NCBI GenBank assembly: GCA_938002255.1
Contig: CALLAL010000016.1
Location: 75,038-139,037 of the forward strand
Source: an uncultured bacterium
Lineage (GTDB): Bacteria > Desulfobacterota > BSN033 > UBA1163
Length of the DNA stretch: 64,000 nucleotides
Direction of reading: 5' to 3'
The notes beneath the pieces are model-generated. The model worked only from the letters and a program-made list of their open reading frames with translations. It was not told the origin of the DNA and ran no database searches. Position numbers and translations under genes: made by a program. This document shows positions 56,122 to 64,000 of this stretch, piece by piece (the first letter of the stretch is position 1; every line of letters starts with the position of its first letter).

Positions 56122-57654
56122 GTGATCAAAAAAATTATTTCTTTTTTGAATACCCTTCATGAGAAGCAGGCACTGTTCTGGCTCATCGGCATTGCTTTCA
56201 TCCTGAGGCTCACTACTGTCTTGATGGCACAAGGAATCGCTTATGACAGCGCAGCCTACGGCTTCATGGCAAGGGATTGGATGAGGGGAAATGTTAATAA
56301 GGCTTTAGCGATCCCTGGCCATCCCCTTTACCCTCTGCTTATCTCTTTGTTCTCCACGGATACGACCCATGTTGAGGTCATCGGGAGGCTGATTTCACTT
56401 TTTTTCGGGACCTTCACTGTCATTCCCGTTTATTTTTTAGTTAAAGAAGCGGTTGGCAAAAGAGAGGCTATGTTTTCAACGCTTTTTTATACTTTTCATC
56501 CTTATCTCGTAACTTATTCCGGGATGATGCTCACGGAGGCGACCTATTGGGGAATGCTGGTCCTTTCTGTTTATTGCTTTTGGACAGGACTAAAAAAGAG
56601 TCAGATTTTGAGAATGGGGTTGTCAGGGGTTTTTCTTGGGCTGGCCTACCTCACGAGGCCGGAGGGGATTGGATACCTGGTCGTATATCTCGCCTGGACC
56701 ATTATTCAGGGTTTTAGAAGAAAAATATGGTTTAAAAGTTTAGTGATTACAGGAATACTCATCTCAACTACCCTCCTCACAAGTTTTCCTTATCTCTTGC
56801 ATATTCGCCGGGAGACAGGCCAGTGGCTCATCAGTAAGAAAGCGGCAAATATTCAATCCAATCTTTTACAAAAAAACGTTGAGCAGGTCTATCCCCATGA
56901 AAGCATAGCGGGCGCTCCCCGTCCTCGTCCAAAGGATTCTGGTTTTCTCTTAATCTTTCAGAATATGATTCACCGCCTCCCCTTCTTAACGTACCATTAT
57001 CTCCGGGCTTTCCATTTTTCCCTTTGGATCTTTCTCCTATTAGGACTGTTCACCATGACTCGGAAAAGGTTTACCTATGAATGGTTTGTTGGCTCTTTCG
57101 TTCTGTTCCATCTGTTTTCACTATCCATTTTCCCCTTTGATTCTTCTATTCGTTTCTCGATCCCTGTTGTTTCCCTTTCCCTATGTTGGGCTGGCTCAGG
57201 GGTGTTGGAACTGAATCGATTTTTAACAAGTCGTAAGGTTCTTCATCCCGAAAAGGTGATCTTTTTCTTCATCCTTGCAAGCCTGCTCATTCAGTTGCCT
57301 CAAAGTTTAAAACCTGAGAGGAGCCATCGTGCGGTCCAGAAGGAAGTTGGTCTCTGGTTAAAACAAAATACCCCTTCCGATGCCATCATCATGTCAAACA
57401 GCTCCCAGGAAACTTTTTATGCCGATCGGGAGTTTATCATGTTACCAGGGGAGGTCAACAAATCCGGGGCTTCCAAGGATGCTTACCATGAGGTCATGAA
57501 ATTTGCCAGAGCCAAAGGCGTTCGGTACATCCTCATTGATAAACATACTTCCATAAGGAACCGCAGGTTTGTGGAAGGCATCCACCCTGAAGATCTAAGA
57601 GAAGTATTCAGAAAGCCGGACCGGGGATTGATTATCTATGAGGTGGTCTATTGA
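56122..57654 (+). CDS. Polytopic membrane glycosyltransferase, ArnT/PMT-like (GT39/GT83 superfamily)
   Basis: GTG start. At least 10 TM helices. N-terminal loop YDSAAYGFMARDW resembles the DE/Y-acidic loop of GT-C transferases. Confidence 0.55.
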   Translation: MIKKIISFLNTLHEKQALFWLIGIAFILRLTTVLMAQGIAYDSAAYGFMARDWMRGNVNKALAIPGHPLYPLLISLFSTDTTHVEVIGRLISLFFGTFTVIPVYFLVKEAVGKREAMFSTLFYTFHPYLVTYSGMMLTEATYWGMLVLSVYCFWTGLKKSQILRMGLSGVFLGLAYLTRPEGIGYLVVYLAWTIIQGFRRKIWFKSLVITGILISTTLLTSFPYLLHIRRETGQWLISKKAANIQSNLLQKNVEQVYPHESIAGAPRPRPKDSGFLLIFQNMIHRLPFLTYHYLRAFHFSLWIFLLLGLFTMTRKRFTYEWFVGSFVLFHLFSLSIFPFDSSIRFSIPVVSLSLCWAGSGVLELNRFLTSRKVLHPEKVIFFFILASLLIQLPQSLKPERSHRAVQKEVGLWLKQNTPSDAIIMSNSSQETFYADREFIMLPGEVNKSGASKDAYHEVMKFARAKGVRYILIDKHTSIRNRRFVEGIHPEDLREVFRKPDRGLIIYEVVY

Positions 57655-58943
57655 AGTGGAAAGACGAGTTTTTCCAAAGCACGATGCTCATGTTCATCGG
57701 CATCAGTCTCTTCAATCTTTTCAATCTTCTCTACCATTTTTTTATGGTCAGAAATCTTAACCCACCCGATTATGGTCAACTCAATACCTTATTAGCCTTA
57801 TTTATGCTTATCACGGTGCCTGCCAACACAGTTCAGACCACAATTACCCGGTTCGTTTCTGTCTTTCAAGCCAACTTCCAGCAAGAGCAAACCCGAGCAT
57901 TTCTCAATCATTTTTTGCGGATCATGGCAGGCATAGCCTTCCTCTTTTTGTTGGGTCTCACTCTGGGGAGCCGGGCGCTTGCAACCTTTCTTCAGATTCC
58001 GGTCATTGGATTAATTTTTCTTCTTGGGGTCATCCTTTTTTTTGCTATGGTCACTCCCATTCCATGGGGAGGCTTGCAGGGACTCCAACGATTTGGGCTC
58101 CTGACGATGAATCTCATCCTCAACGGAGGGCTGAAACTTGGTTTGGGCATTCTTTTAGTGATAGGGGGATGGGGAGTGCTTGGCGCTATGGGCGCCATTG
58201 CTATCGCCTATTTTGTGACGACCTTTCTTTCTCTTTTTCAGGTTGCATGGTTAATGAAAAAAGATCACTGTAAGAAGGGCGAACCATTAGACCTCAATCA
58301 AACCCAAGCCTCTACCTTTTCCGAAGCGTATCGCTATTTTTTACCTGTGGGCATCATGCTTCTCTGTTTTATGACATTAACGCAGATTGACCTTCTTGTC
58401 GTTAAACATCTTTTCACTCCTGTGGAGGCAGGATATTATTCCATTGCACAAATGGTGGGGAAGATGATATTGTTTCTTCCCCTTCCGGTGGTTATGGTTA
58501 TGTTTCCAAAGGTGACGCTGCTGGAGGCCCAAAAAAAGGAGACGTTACCGATCCTGATTTGGAGTTTGATGATCACCGGAGCTTTGTGTGGGGTGGGAAT
58601 CCTTTGTTCTCAACTTTTCCCTCATCAAGTGACTCAGATCCTCACCGGAAAGGTCTACCCAGAGTGTCATCCTTTAATCAGGCTTTTTTCGATTAATATG
58701 ACATTCTTTTCTCTGGTCTTTATTCTCCTCTATTACCATCTTGCTAAAAGTCAGCATCTTTTTCTATTTCCCTTAGCCCTTCTAACGATCCTTCAGATCG
58801 TGGGTATCGCCTTGTTCAATCGGACGATGATTGAAGTTCTCACGGTGGTCGGTGTGGTTGCTTTCTGTTTGTTAGTCCTTACAGGTTATCTGACCTTTCG
58901 ACTATTTTCTCGGGTTCTGGAAAGAGGCAGCGATGGAGCATAA
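57651..58943 (+). CDS. Polysaccharide biosynthesis protein, Wzx-like flippase (MOP superfamily)
   Basis: 430 aa, about 12 predicted TM helices. Located in the glycan cluster. Confidence 0.6.
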   Translation: MKWKDEFFQSTMLMFIGISLFNLFNLLYHFFMVRNLNPPDYGQLNTLLALFMLITVPANTVQTTITRFVSVFQANFQQEQTRAFLNHFLRIMAGIAFLFLLGLTLGSRALATFLQIPVIGLIFLLGVILFFAMVTPIPWGGLQGLQRFGLLTMNLILNGGLKLGLGILLVIGGWGVLGAMGAIAIAYFVTTFLSLFQVAWLMKKDHCKKGEPLDLNQTQASTFSEAYRYFLPVGIMLLCFMTLTQIDLLVVKHLFTPVEAGYYSIAQMVGKMILFLPLPVVMVMFPKVTLLEAQKKETLPILIWSLMITGALCGVGILCSQLFPHQVTQILTGKVYPECHPLIRLFSINMTFFSLVFILLYYHLAKSQHLFLFPLALLTILQIVGIALFNRTMIEVLTVVGVVAFCLLVLTGYLTFRLFSRVLERGSDGA

Positions 58944-60006
58944 GGGAGTTTCCTGGATCATTCGAGACGGAAGCGATAAGGATGTCGATCGAATCCTAAA
59001 GCTCAGACATCTCGTTTTCGGGAAGGTCGAGGAAGATAAATTAACGCCAGCCTTCTGGGAATGGGAGTATTTAAACGGTCCGGATGGAAGGGGTCTCATC
59101 TACCTCGTCGAGGATCAAAAAGAGATTGTTGGCCATTTCGCGGACCTTCCCAGAAGATTTTTCATTCATGGTGAATCGTCTCTGGGGACTCTTTCGCTGG
59201 ATTTAATGGTCCACCCCGACTACCGGAGGAAAGGAATGTTTCTTCAACTCGGGCGGTATGCTGCCCAACGAGTTCAGGAGATGGGGGGGCAATTGATGAC
59301 CGCTTACCCGATTCGCAAGGAAACCATCAGAGGGTTAAAAAAGGTAGGATGGGTTGAGGTCAACCGTCTGCCCGTGTTGGTTTATCCTTTACGATTTCGG
59401 GGTATTCTCCAGCGATATCTCCGTTTTTTACCCGTCAGCCTTTTGATGGGAGGAGGGGCGAGAGTTTTTTATAATCTTTTTTGGGGGAAAAGAAAAAAGG
59501 GGCCTTGGGGGAATGGGCTTGAGGTTCAAGAAGTGATGGATATAGATCATCTGTTTGAAGATTTTTTTGAAAAAACCAAAGCCCTCTTTAATTGTTTCGG
59601 CATCCGGGATCGAACCTATATGATCTGGCGTTATTTTAAACACCCGACGCGAACCTACAAAATGTATCGGGCACTTCGAAAAGGAGAAATGAGGGGTTTT
59701 ATTGTCCTAAGAAAGGTGGAGCTTCTGGGGTTTAATAGTGCGGTCATTGTGGACGTGATGGCGTTGGACGAGACTACTTTCGTTGCTCTGATCGATCAGG
59801 GGATTGCCTATAGCCAAAAGGAACGCGTGGACCTTTTAGGTTTTATGGTTCCTGAATCGCATCCCTATTTTATTCTTCTCAAGAGGCAGGGTTTTCTCAG
59901 GAGTCCTAAAACCTTTCGGTTCATGATCTATTCTCATCAAACCGATAATAGGCTACTCGCCCCTCAACAATGGTATGTTACATGGGGGGACACAGACGTA
60001 ATATGA
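58933..60006 (+). CDS. GNAT/FemAB-like acyltransferase (polysaccharide-locus associated)
   Basis: GNAT-like core HPDYRRKGMFLQLGRYAAQRV. Two-lobed about 350 aa architecture. Sits next to the PEP-CTERM-type deacetylase. Confidence 0.45.
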   Translation: MEHKGVSWIIRDGSDKDVDRILKLRHLVFGKVEEDKLTPAFWEWEYLNGPDGRGLIYLVEDQKEIVGHFADLPRRFFIHGESSLGTLSLDLMVHPDYRRKGMFLQLGRYAAQRVQEMGGQLMTAYPIRKETIRGLKKVGWVEVNRLPVLVYPLRFRGILQRYLRFLPVSLLMGGGARVFYNLFWGKRKKGPWGNGLEVQEVMDIDHLFEDFFEKTKALFNCFGIRDRTYMIWRYFKHPTRTYKMYRALRKGEMRGFIVLRKVELLGFNSAVIVDVMALDETTFVALIDQGIAYSQKERVDLLGFMVPESHPYFILLKRQGFLRSPKTFRFMIYSHQTDNRLLAPQQWYVTWGDTDVI

Positions 60007-60836
60007 TCAATGCCTTGGCCATTGATACAGAGGAGTGGTTTCACTCTGAATTGCTGGGCGGACAGAGGCCTCCCATCTTTCAGGTGTGTGAAGCAACTCA
60101 ACAGGTCCTTGACCTGTTAGATCGACAGCAGGTCAAAGCCTCCTTTTTTATTGTGGGGGAAGTGGCCGAGCGGTACCCTGATTTAGTCCGAAAAATCATT
60201 GAGAGGGGGCATGAGATTGGATGCCATGGTTTTTCGCACCACCCCCTGTGGAAGTTGGATGAGGATCTTTTCCGGGAAGAAATGAAACGTTTTCATAAGG
60301 TCATGAAGGACATCCTTGCAAGAGATCGGATCAAAGGATTTAGGGCTCCCTGTTTTTCCATTGATCATCGGACAACATGGGCCCTCAAGGTTCTTGTGGA
60401 TTTTGGCTACCGATATGATGCCAGCGTCTTTCCTGTCAAGTTAAACCCTCATTATGGAGTCCGAGGGGCTCCCCTTCGACCCTATCGGATTTCTTTAAAA
60501 GATGTTCGCAAAGAAGACCCTGCCAGTCCCCTCATCGAATTTCCAACCGTTCCGTTGAGATTGTGGAAGTTGAAAATTCCTCTCGCAGGTGGGTTCTATT
60601 TAAGACTGTTTCCCGTATCGTTTCTCGAATGGGGGCTACGACGAATCAATCGGGATCAACCTTTTTTGCTTTACTTTCATCCCTGGGAAGGGTTTTCAGA
60701 AACACCGAGGTTAAACCTTCCAAGGATCAATCGTTTCATCTCGTATTATGGGATCGGCACCGCGTTAAAAAAATTGGAATATCTCTTAAGTTATTTTAAT
60801 TTCTCAAGAGTGGATCACGTTCTTGGCCTCATATGA
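60003..60836 (+). CDS. Polysaccharide deacetylase (CE4), PEP-CTERM-locus/DUF3473 type
   Basis: Start ATG 60003. N-terminal ALAIDTEEWFH motif, HGFSH zinc-binding motif, DUF3473-like C-terminus. Confidence 0.7.
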   Translation: MINALAIDTEEWFHSELLGGQRPPIFQVCEATQQVLDLLDRQQVKASFFIVGEVAERYPDLVRKIIERGHEIGCHGFSHHPLWKLDEDLFREEMKRFHKVMKDILARDRIKGFRAPCFSIDHRTTWALKVLVDFGYRYDASVFPVKLNPHYGVRGAPLRPYRISLKDVRKEDPASPLIEFPTVPLRLWKLKIPLAGGFYLRLFPVSFLEWGLRRINRDQPFLLYFHPWEGFSETPRLNLPRINRFISYYGIGTALKKLEYLLSYFNFSRVDHVLGLI

Positions 60837-61867
60837 AGGTGAGGATGAATCCAGAGTTATCGGTTATCATCCCTAATTGGAATGGAAAACATTTTCTTCA
60901 GGAATGTCTCGATTCTTTGAAGGAACAAACCTATCCCCATTTTGAAACCCTTCTTGTTGACAATGGCTCGACGGATGGGTCTGTGGCATATGTTCGTCAA
61001 AGATATGGAGAGTTTGTCAGAATCATCCAGAACGAAATCAACCTCGGTTTTGCAGGAGGTACGAACGCCGGCATTCGAAACGCCAAAGGGACCTATATCG
61101 TTCTTTTAAACAATGATACATGGGCAGATCCTTTTTGGTTGGAAGAGTTAGCGAAAGCGACGGAGGGTCCTCCTTCGGTTGGCATGTGGGGATCGAAAAT
61201 TTATTCCTATTACCATCGGGATCGCATCGAGGCTGTGGGAGAACTCATTTATTGGGATGGGTTGTGTCGTGCCAAAGGGCAGTTTGAATTCGATCGAGGT
61301 CAATATAATCAAATAGAGGAGATTTTTTTCCCTCCCGGTTGTGGAGCAATGTTTCGGCGAGAGGTGTTTGATCAGATCGGGCTCTTTGATGAAGATTTTT
61401 TTGCCTATGCGGATGATGCCGAGATAGGCATTCGAGCAAGACTTGCGGGCTGGAAAGCCTTATTGGTGCCTAAAGCCATTCTCTATCATAAGAATTCCGG
61501 GACTGGGGGACAACATTCCCCTTTTAAGGCTTTTTATGTCGAGAGGAATCGATTCTGGATTACCGTTAAATATTTTCCTTTGCCCCTTCTTCTTTTGGCC
61601 CCTTTTTTTACTTTATGGCGTTTTTTGTTCCAGGCCTACGGCGCGCTGACCCATCAAGGAGCTGCCGGAAAATTTACTCAAACCTATTCCTCATGGCATT
61701 TGATCGGGGTTTTATTCAGAGCCTATGGGTCTGGGTTATGGGGTTTTCCAAACATGTGGAAGAAGAGGAGAGAGCTAAAAAAGTTTAGAAAGGTTTCATT
61801 TGAAGAAATAGTCGGCTGGTTTTATCGGTTTGGCATCAGTGCAAAAGAGATTTCTTTGAGAGAATGA
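60833..61867 (+). CDS. GT2 family glycosyltransferase
   Basis: LSVIIPNWNGKHFLQECL...LVDNGSTDGS, DDAE DxD-like motif. Confidence 0.75.
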   Translation: MKVRMNPELSVIIPNWNGKHFLQECLDSLKEQTYPHFETLLVDNGSTDGSVAYVRQRYGEFVRIIQNEINLGFAGGTNAGIRNAKGTYIVLLNNDTWADPFWLEELAKATEGPPSVGMWGSKIYSYYHRDRIEAVGELIYWDGLCRAKGQFEFDRGQYNQIEEIFFPPGCGAMFRREVFDQIGLFDEDFFAYADDAEIGIRARLAGWKALLVPKAILYHKNSGTGGQHSPFKAFYVERNRFWITVKYFPLPLLLLAPFFTLWRFLFQAYGALTHQGAAGKFTQTYSSWHLIGVLFRAYGSGLWGFPNMWKKRRELKKFRKVSFEEIVGWFYRFGISAKEISLRE

Positions 61868-62319
61868 AAAGATTTAAGAAAATTGGACTCATCTGTTCCG
61901 CAGGAGGGCATTATACAGAGATGCTTCAATTATGGGAAGCCTTTGAAGGCTACCCGAAATTTCTCTTGACTTATAAAGAAGTGGCCACAAAAGATCATAA
62001 GGATGCGTATTATCTGGAAAATCTTTTTAGAAGTCCGCTGGCCTTTATCAAAGGGATCATGAAAACTTTTATGATCCTACTGAAGGAGAAACCGGATATC
62101 CTCTTTTCAACGGGGTCCGAGATTGCTGCCCCTGCTTTCTACCTTGGGAAACTCTTCTTTAAAACCAAATTAATCTACTTGGAATGCAGTGCGCAGGTCT
62201 ATCAGCCCTCTTTAACAGGAAGAGTTGTTTATCCCATCACTGATCTATTTTTGGTCCAGTGGGAGCCCCTTCTCGAACATTATGGCCCAAAGGCCCAGTA
62301 TGTGGGAGGGCTGATATGA
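61864..62319 (+). CDS. Alg14-like glycosyltransferase membrane-anchor subunit (PssD/Cps14F-like)
   Basis: IGLICSAGGHYTEMLQL is characteristic of Alg14-family proteins. Confidence 0.65.
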   Translation: MKRFKKIGLICSAGGHYTEMLQLWEAFEGYPKFLLTYKEVATKDHKDAYYLENLFRSPLAFIKGIMKTFMILLKEKPDILFSTGSEIAAPAFYLGKLFFKTKLIYLECSAQVYQPSLTGRVVYPITDLFLVQWEPLLEHYGPKAQYVGGLI

Positions 62320-62801
62320 TCTTTGTCACTGTGGGCAATCATTTTCAGGGGTTTGATCGTTTGTTGAAGAAAGTCGATGAAATTGCATCCAAAATTCCCC
62401 ATGAAATTTTTGTCCAGAAAGGTTATACGAACTATATTCCCCGGAATACAAAATATTTTGACTTTGTGCCAATTCAGGAGGCGATGCAATACATTCGAAC
62501 GTCCCGACTTGTCATTTCTCATGCCGGAATCGGAACGATCATTCTCTGTAAAGAATATGGAATCCCCCTTATTCTCTTCCCCAGAAGAAAAAAATATGGT
62601 GAACATGGAACGGATCATCAACTGGAGATCGCCCAAGCCATCGAGACAAGGGGAGACCCCCATATTTATATTGTTTATGAAGAAGACAAGCTTGAGGCTA
62701 AGATCTTTGAGATCTTGAGCAGACAGGAAAAACCCCTTCCCGAAACGAATGTGGGGAGGGCCAATCTGATCAGAACGATTAAAACCTTCATTGAAAATTA
62801 A
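62316..62801 (+). CDS. Alg13-like glycosyltransferase catalytic subunit (Glyco_tran_28_C, PssE/Cps14G-like)
   Basis: Start ATG 62316 overlapping the Alg14 stop. MIFVTVGNHFQGFDRL N-terminus. HAGIGTI motif. Confidence 0.65.
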   Translation: MIFVTVGNHFQGFDRLLKKVDEIASKIPHEIFVQKGYTNYIPRNTKYFDFVPIQEAMQYIRTSRLVISHAGIGTIILCKEYGIPLILFPRRKKYGEHGTDHQLEIAQAIETRGDPHIYIVYEEDKLEAKIFEILSRQEKPLPETNVGRANLIRTIKTFIEN

Positions 62802-62860
62802 AATAAGTTTGTCCTTTCGCCCTAACCATTTGCACTGTCTGGGTAAGAAAAAATTGATGG

Positions 62861-63553
62861 ATGAGGATGATGGAAAAGCAGAAGGCCATTCAAAAACAAT
62901 GGTACGAAAATAAATCAAACCGAAAAGAAGGAGAGATCGTTGAGATTAGCCATCTGGCCCATATCCATAGACTCAGAAATTTGATCCCCGTCCAAAAGGT
63001 AACGCTAAGCCTTAACTGTGGTTGTGGGAAAGGTGAGCAGCAGGATATTTTTGGCCCTTCGATTGGGATTGATCTTTCTTTAGAAAACATCCGGTCGCTT
63101 CAACATCGAGGAGGACGGGGGGTTGTCGCCGACATGGAATTTCTTCCTTTCAAAGACAATACCTTTGACCTGGTATATGGATTTGGGGTCCTTCACCATT
63201 TAAGCAATATTAGGAAAGGTGTTTCAGAGGCAACTCGAGTTCTTAAAAAAGGGGGATATATTGGTTTTGGGGGAGAGAATAACGGATGGTGTCCTTTCGT
63301 CTATATCATGAGCCTTCTTTATCGAAACTGGAAGATAGAAAAGGGATCCTATCGCATCCGTGAGAAAAACCTTCGGAAGATCTTTAGGGAATCAGGAAAC
63401 CAGGAGTTCAAGATTGAAAGGCATGGAATGGCCATTTACGGAATGGGGAAAACTGTCTTCAAATTGACTTCTCTTATAGAGAGGGTCCTTTCCAAAATCA
63501 AATTTCTCAATCTCTTTTCAAGCCATTGTTATTTCGGTGGAAGAAAGGGGTGA
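62861..63553 (+). CDS. Class I SAM-dependent methyltransferase
   Basis: LVYGFGVLHHLSNIRKGVSEATRVLKKGGYIGF (Methyltransf_11/23-like). Confidence 0.6.
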   Translation: MRMMEKQKAIQKQWYENKSNRKEGEIVEISHLAHIHRLRNLIPVQKVTLSLNCGCGKGEQQDIFGPSIGIDLSLENIRSLQHRGGRGVVADMEFLPFKDNTFDLVYGFGVLHHLSNIRKGVSEATRVLKKGGYIGFGGENNGWCPFVYIMSLLYRNWKIEKGSYRIREKNLRKIFRESGNQEFKIERHGMAIYGMGKTVFKLTSLIERVLSKIKFLNLFSSHCYFGGRKG

Positions 63554-63707
63554 ATAGAAGCAACGATTCATGATGAGATTGACCCAACAAAGTGTTAAGG
63601 AGATCATTTAAAAGTAGCCCGTCCCTTTTTGTGGGCAACATTTTGGAATGTTGACGTAATTCAATTGAAATGTCATAATGACATAAAAACACATTGTGAG
63701 GTGATTT

Positions 63708-64000
63708 CATGCCCAAGACAATAGGGGTTGCAGAAGTGAAAAAACAATTTTCAGAGGTGATCAGCAAGGTCTCCTTAAAGGGAGAACATTTTATTATTGA
63801 GAAAAAAGGCAAGCCAATGGCCGCCATAGTTAGCTTAAAAGACCTCGACATGATTGAATCGCCGAAGAAAAAAGGGGAGAAGAAGGGCTTGTTATCAGCG
63901 ATCGGTGCGTGGGAAGACTTTGAAAACCTCGAAGAGATGGTTGCGATGATTTATGAACGACGAGGAAGGGCAAAAGAACGGAGGATAGGGAGGCTTGTCT
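63708..64000 (+). CDS. Phd/YefM-family antitoxin (partial, runs off window end)
   Basis: MPKTIGVAEVKKQFSEVISKV...GEHFIIEKKGKPMAAIVSLKDLDMIE is typical of the Phd/YefM N-terminal fold. GTGAGG RBS upstream. Confidence 0.5.

Noticed and set aside
35775-63553. Whether the 28-kb glycan locus is a prophage or integrative element because a tRNA is present in the window
   Set aside because: The tRNA-Thr at 5964 is 30 kb away. No integrase, excisionase, transposase or direct tRNA-fragment repeat is visible. The only mobility signals are the small MITE-like repeats and the TA pairs.

Overview
This is a 64 kb bacterial chromosomal segment with no rRNA, CRISPR array, transposase or integrase. The gene content (PPi-type phosphofructokinase, radical SAM, TAXI-TRAP transporter, PEP-CTERM-style deacetylase) suggests an anaerobic or deep-branching lineage, but I cannot place it taxonomically. 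The first ~35 kb is mostly housekeeping: secreted FG-GAP and NlpC/P60 proteins, MalQ overlapping a tRNA-Thr(CGU), an M48 peptidase, PFK, PBP1A, an acyl-CoA synthetase plus thiolase/3-hydroxyacyl-CoA dehydrogenase block, a TAXI-TRAP transporter, LysM-P60, TsaC, IMPase, RarA, Pcm, a 1012-aa TPR protein, TonB-like, FtsB and a radical SAM protein. From ~35.8 to 63.6 kb is a single co-directional glycan (LPS core / O-antigen / EPS) biosynthesis island with two GT9 heptosyltransferases, at least 9 further glycosyltransferases, five SAM methyltransferases and a tandem-domain LPS-kinase. It also carries a WbpB/WbpD/DegT/WecB-type amino-sugar pathway, an ArnT/PMT-like membrane transferase, a Wzx-like flippase, a PEP-CTERM-locus-type deacetylase, a split Alg14/Alg13 pair and an embedded MNT-HepT toxin-antitoxin pair. 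The most concrete unexplained signal is a ~225-bp non-coding repeat present in three intergenic copies, with 13-bp terminal inverted repeats, extensive internal palindromic structure and 8-9 bp flanking target-site duplications, consistent with a MITE-like mobile element. A TAXI solute-receptor gene is disrupted by a perfect 8-bp tandem duplication.
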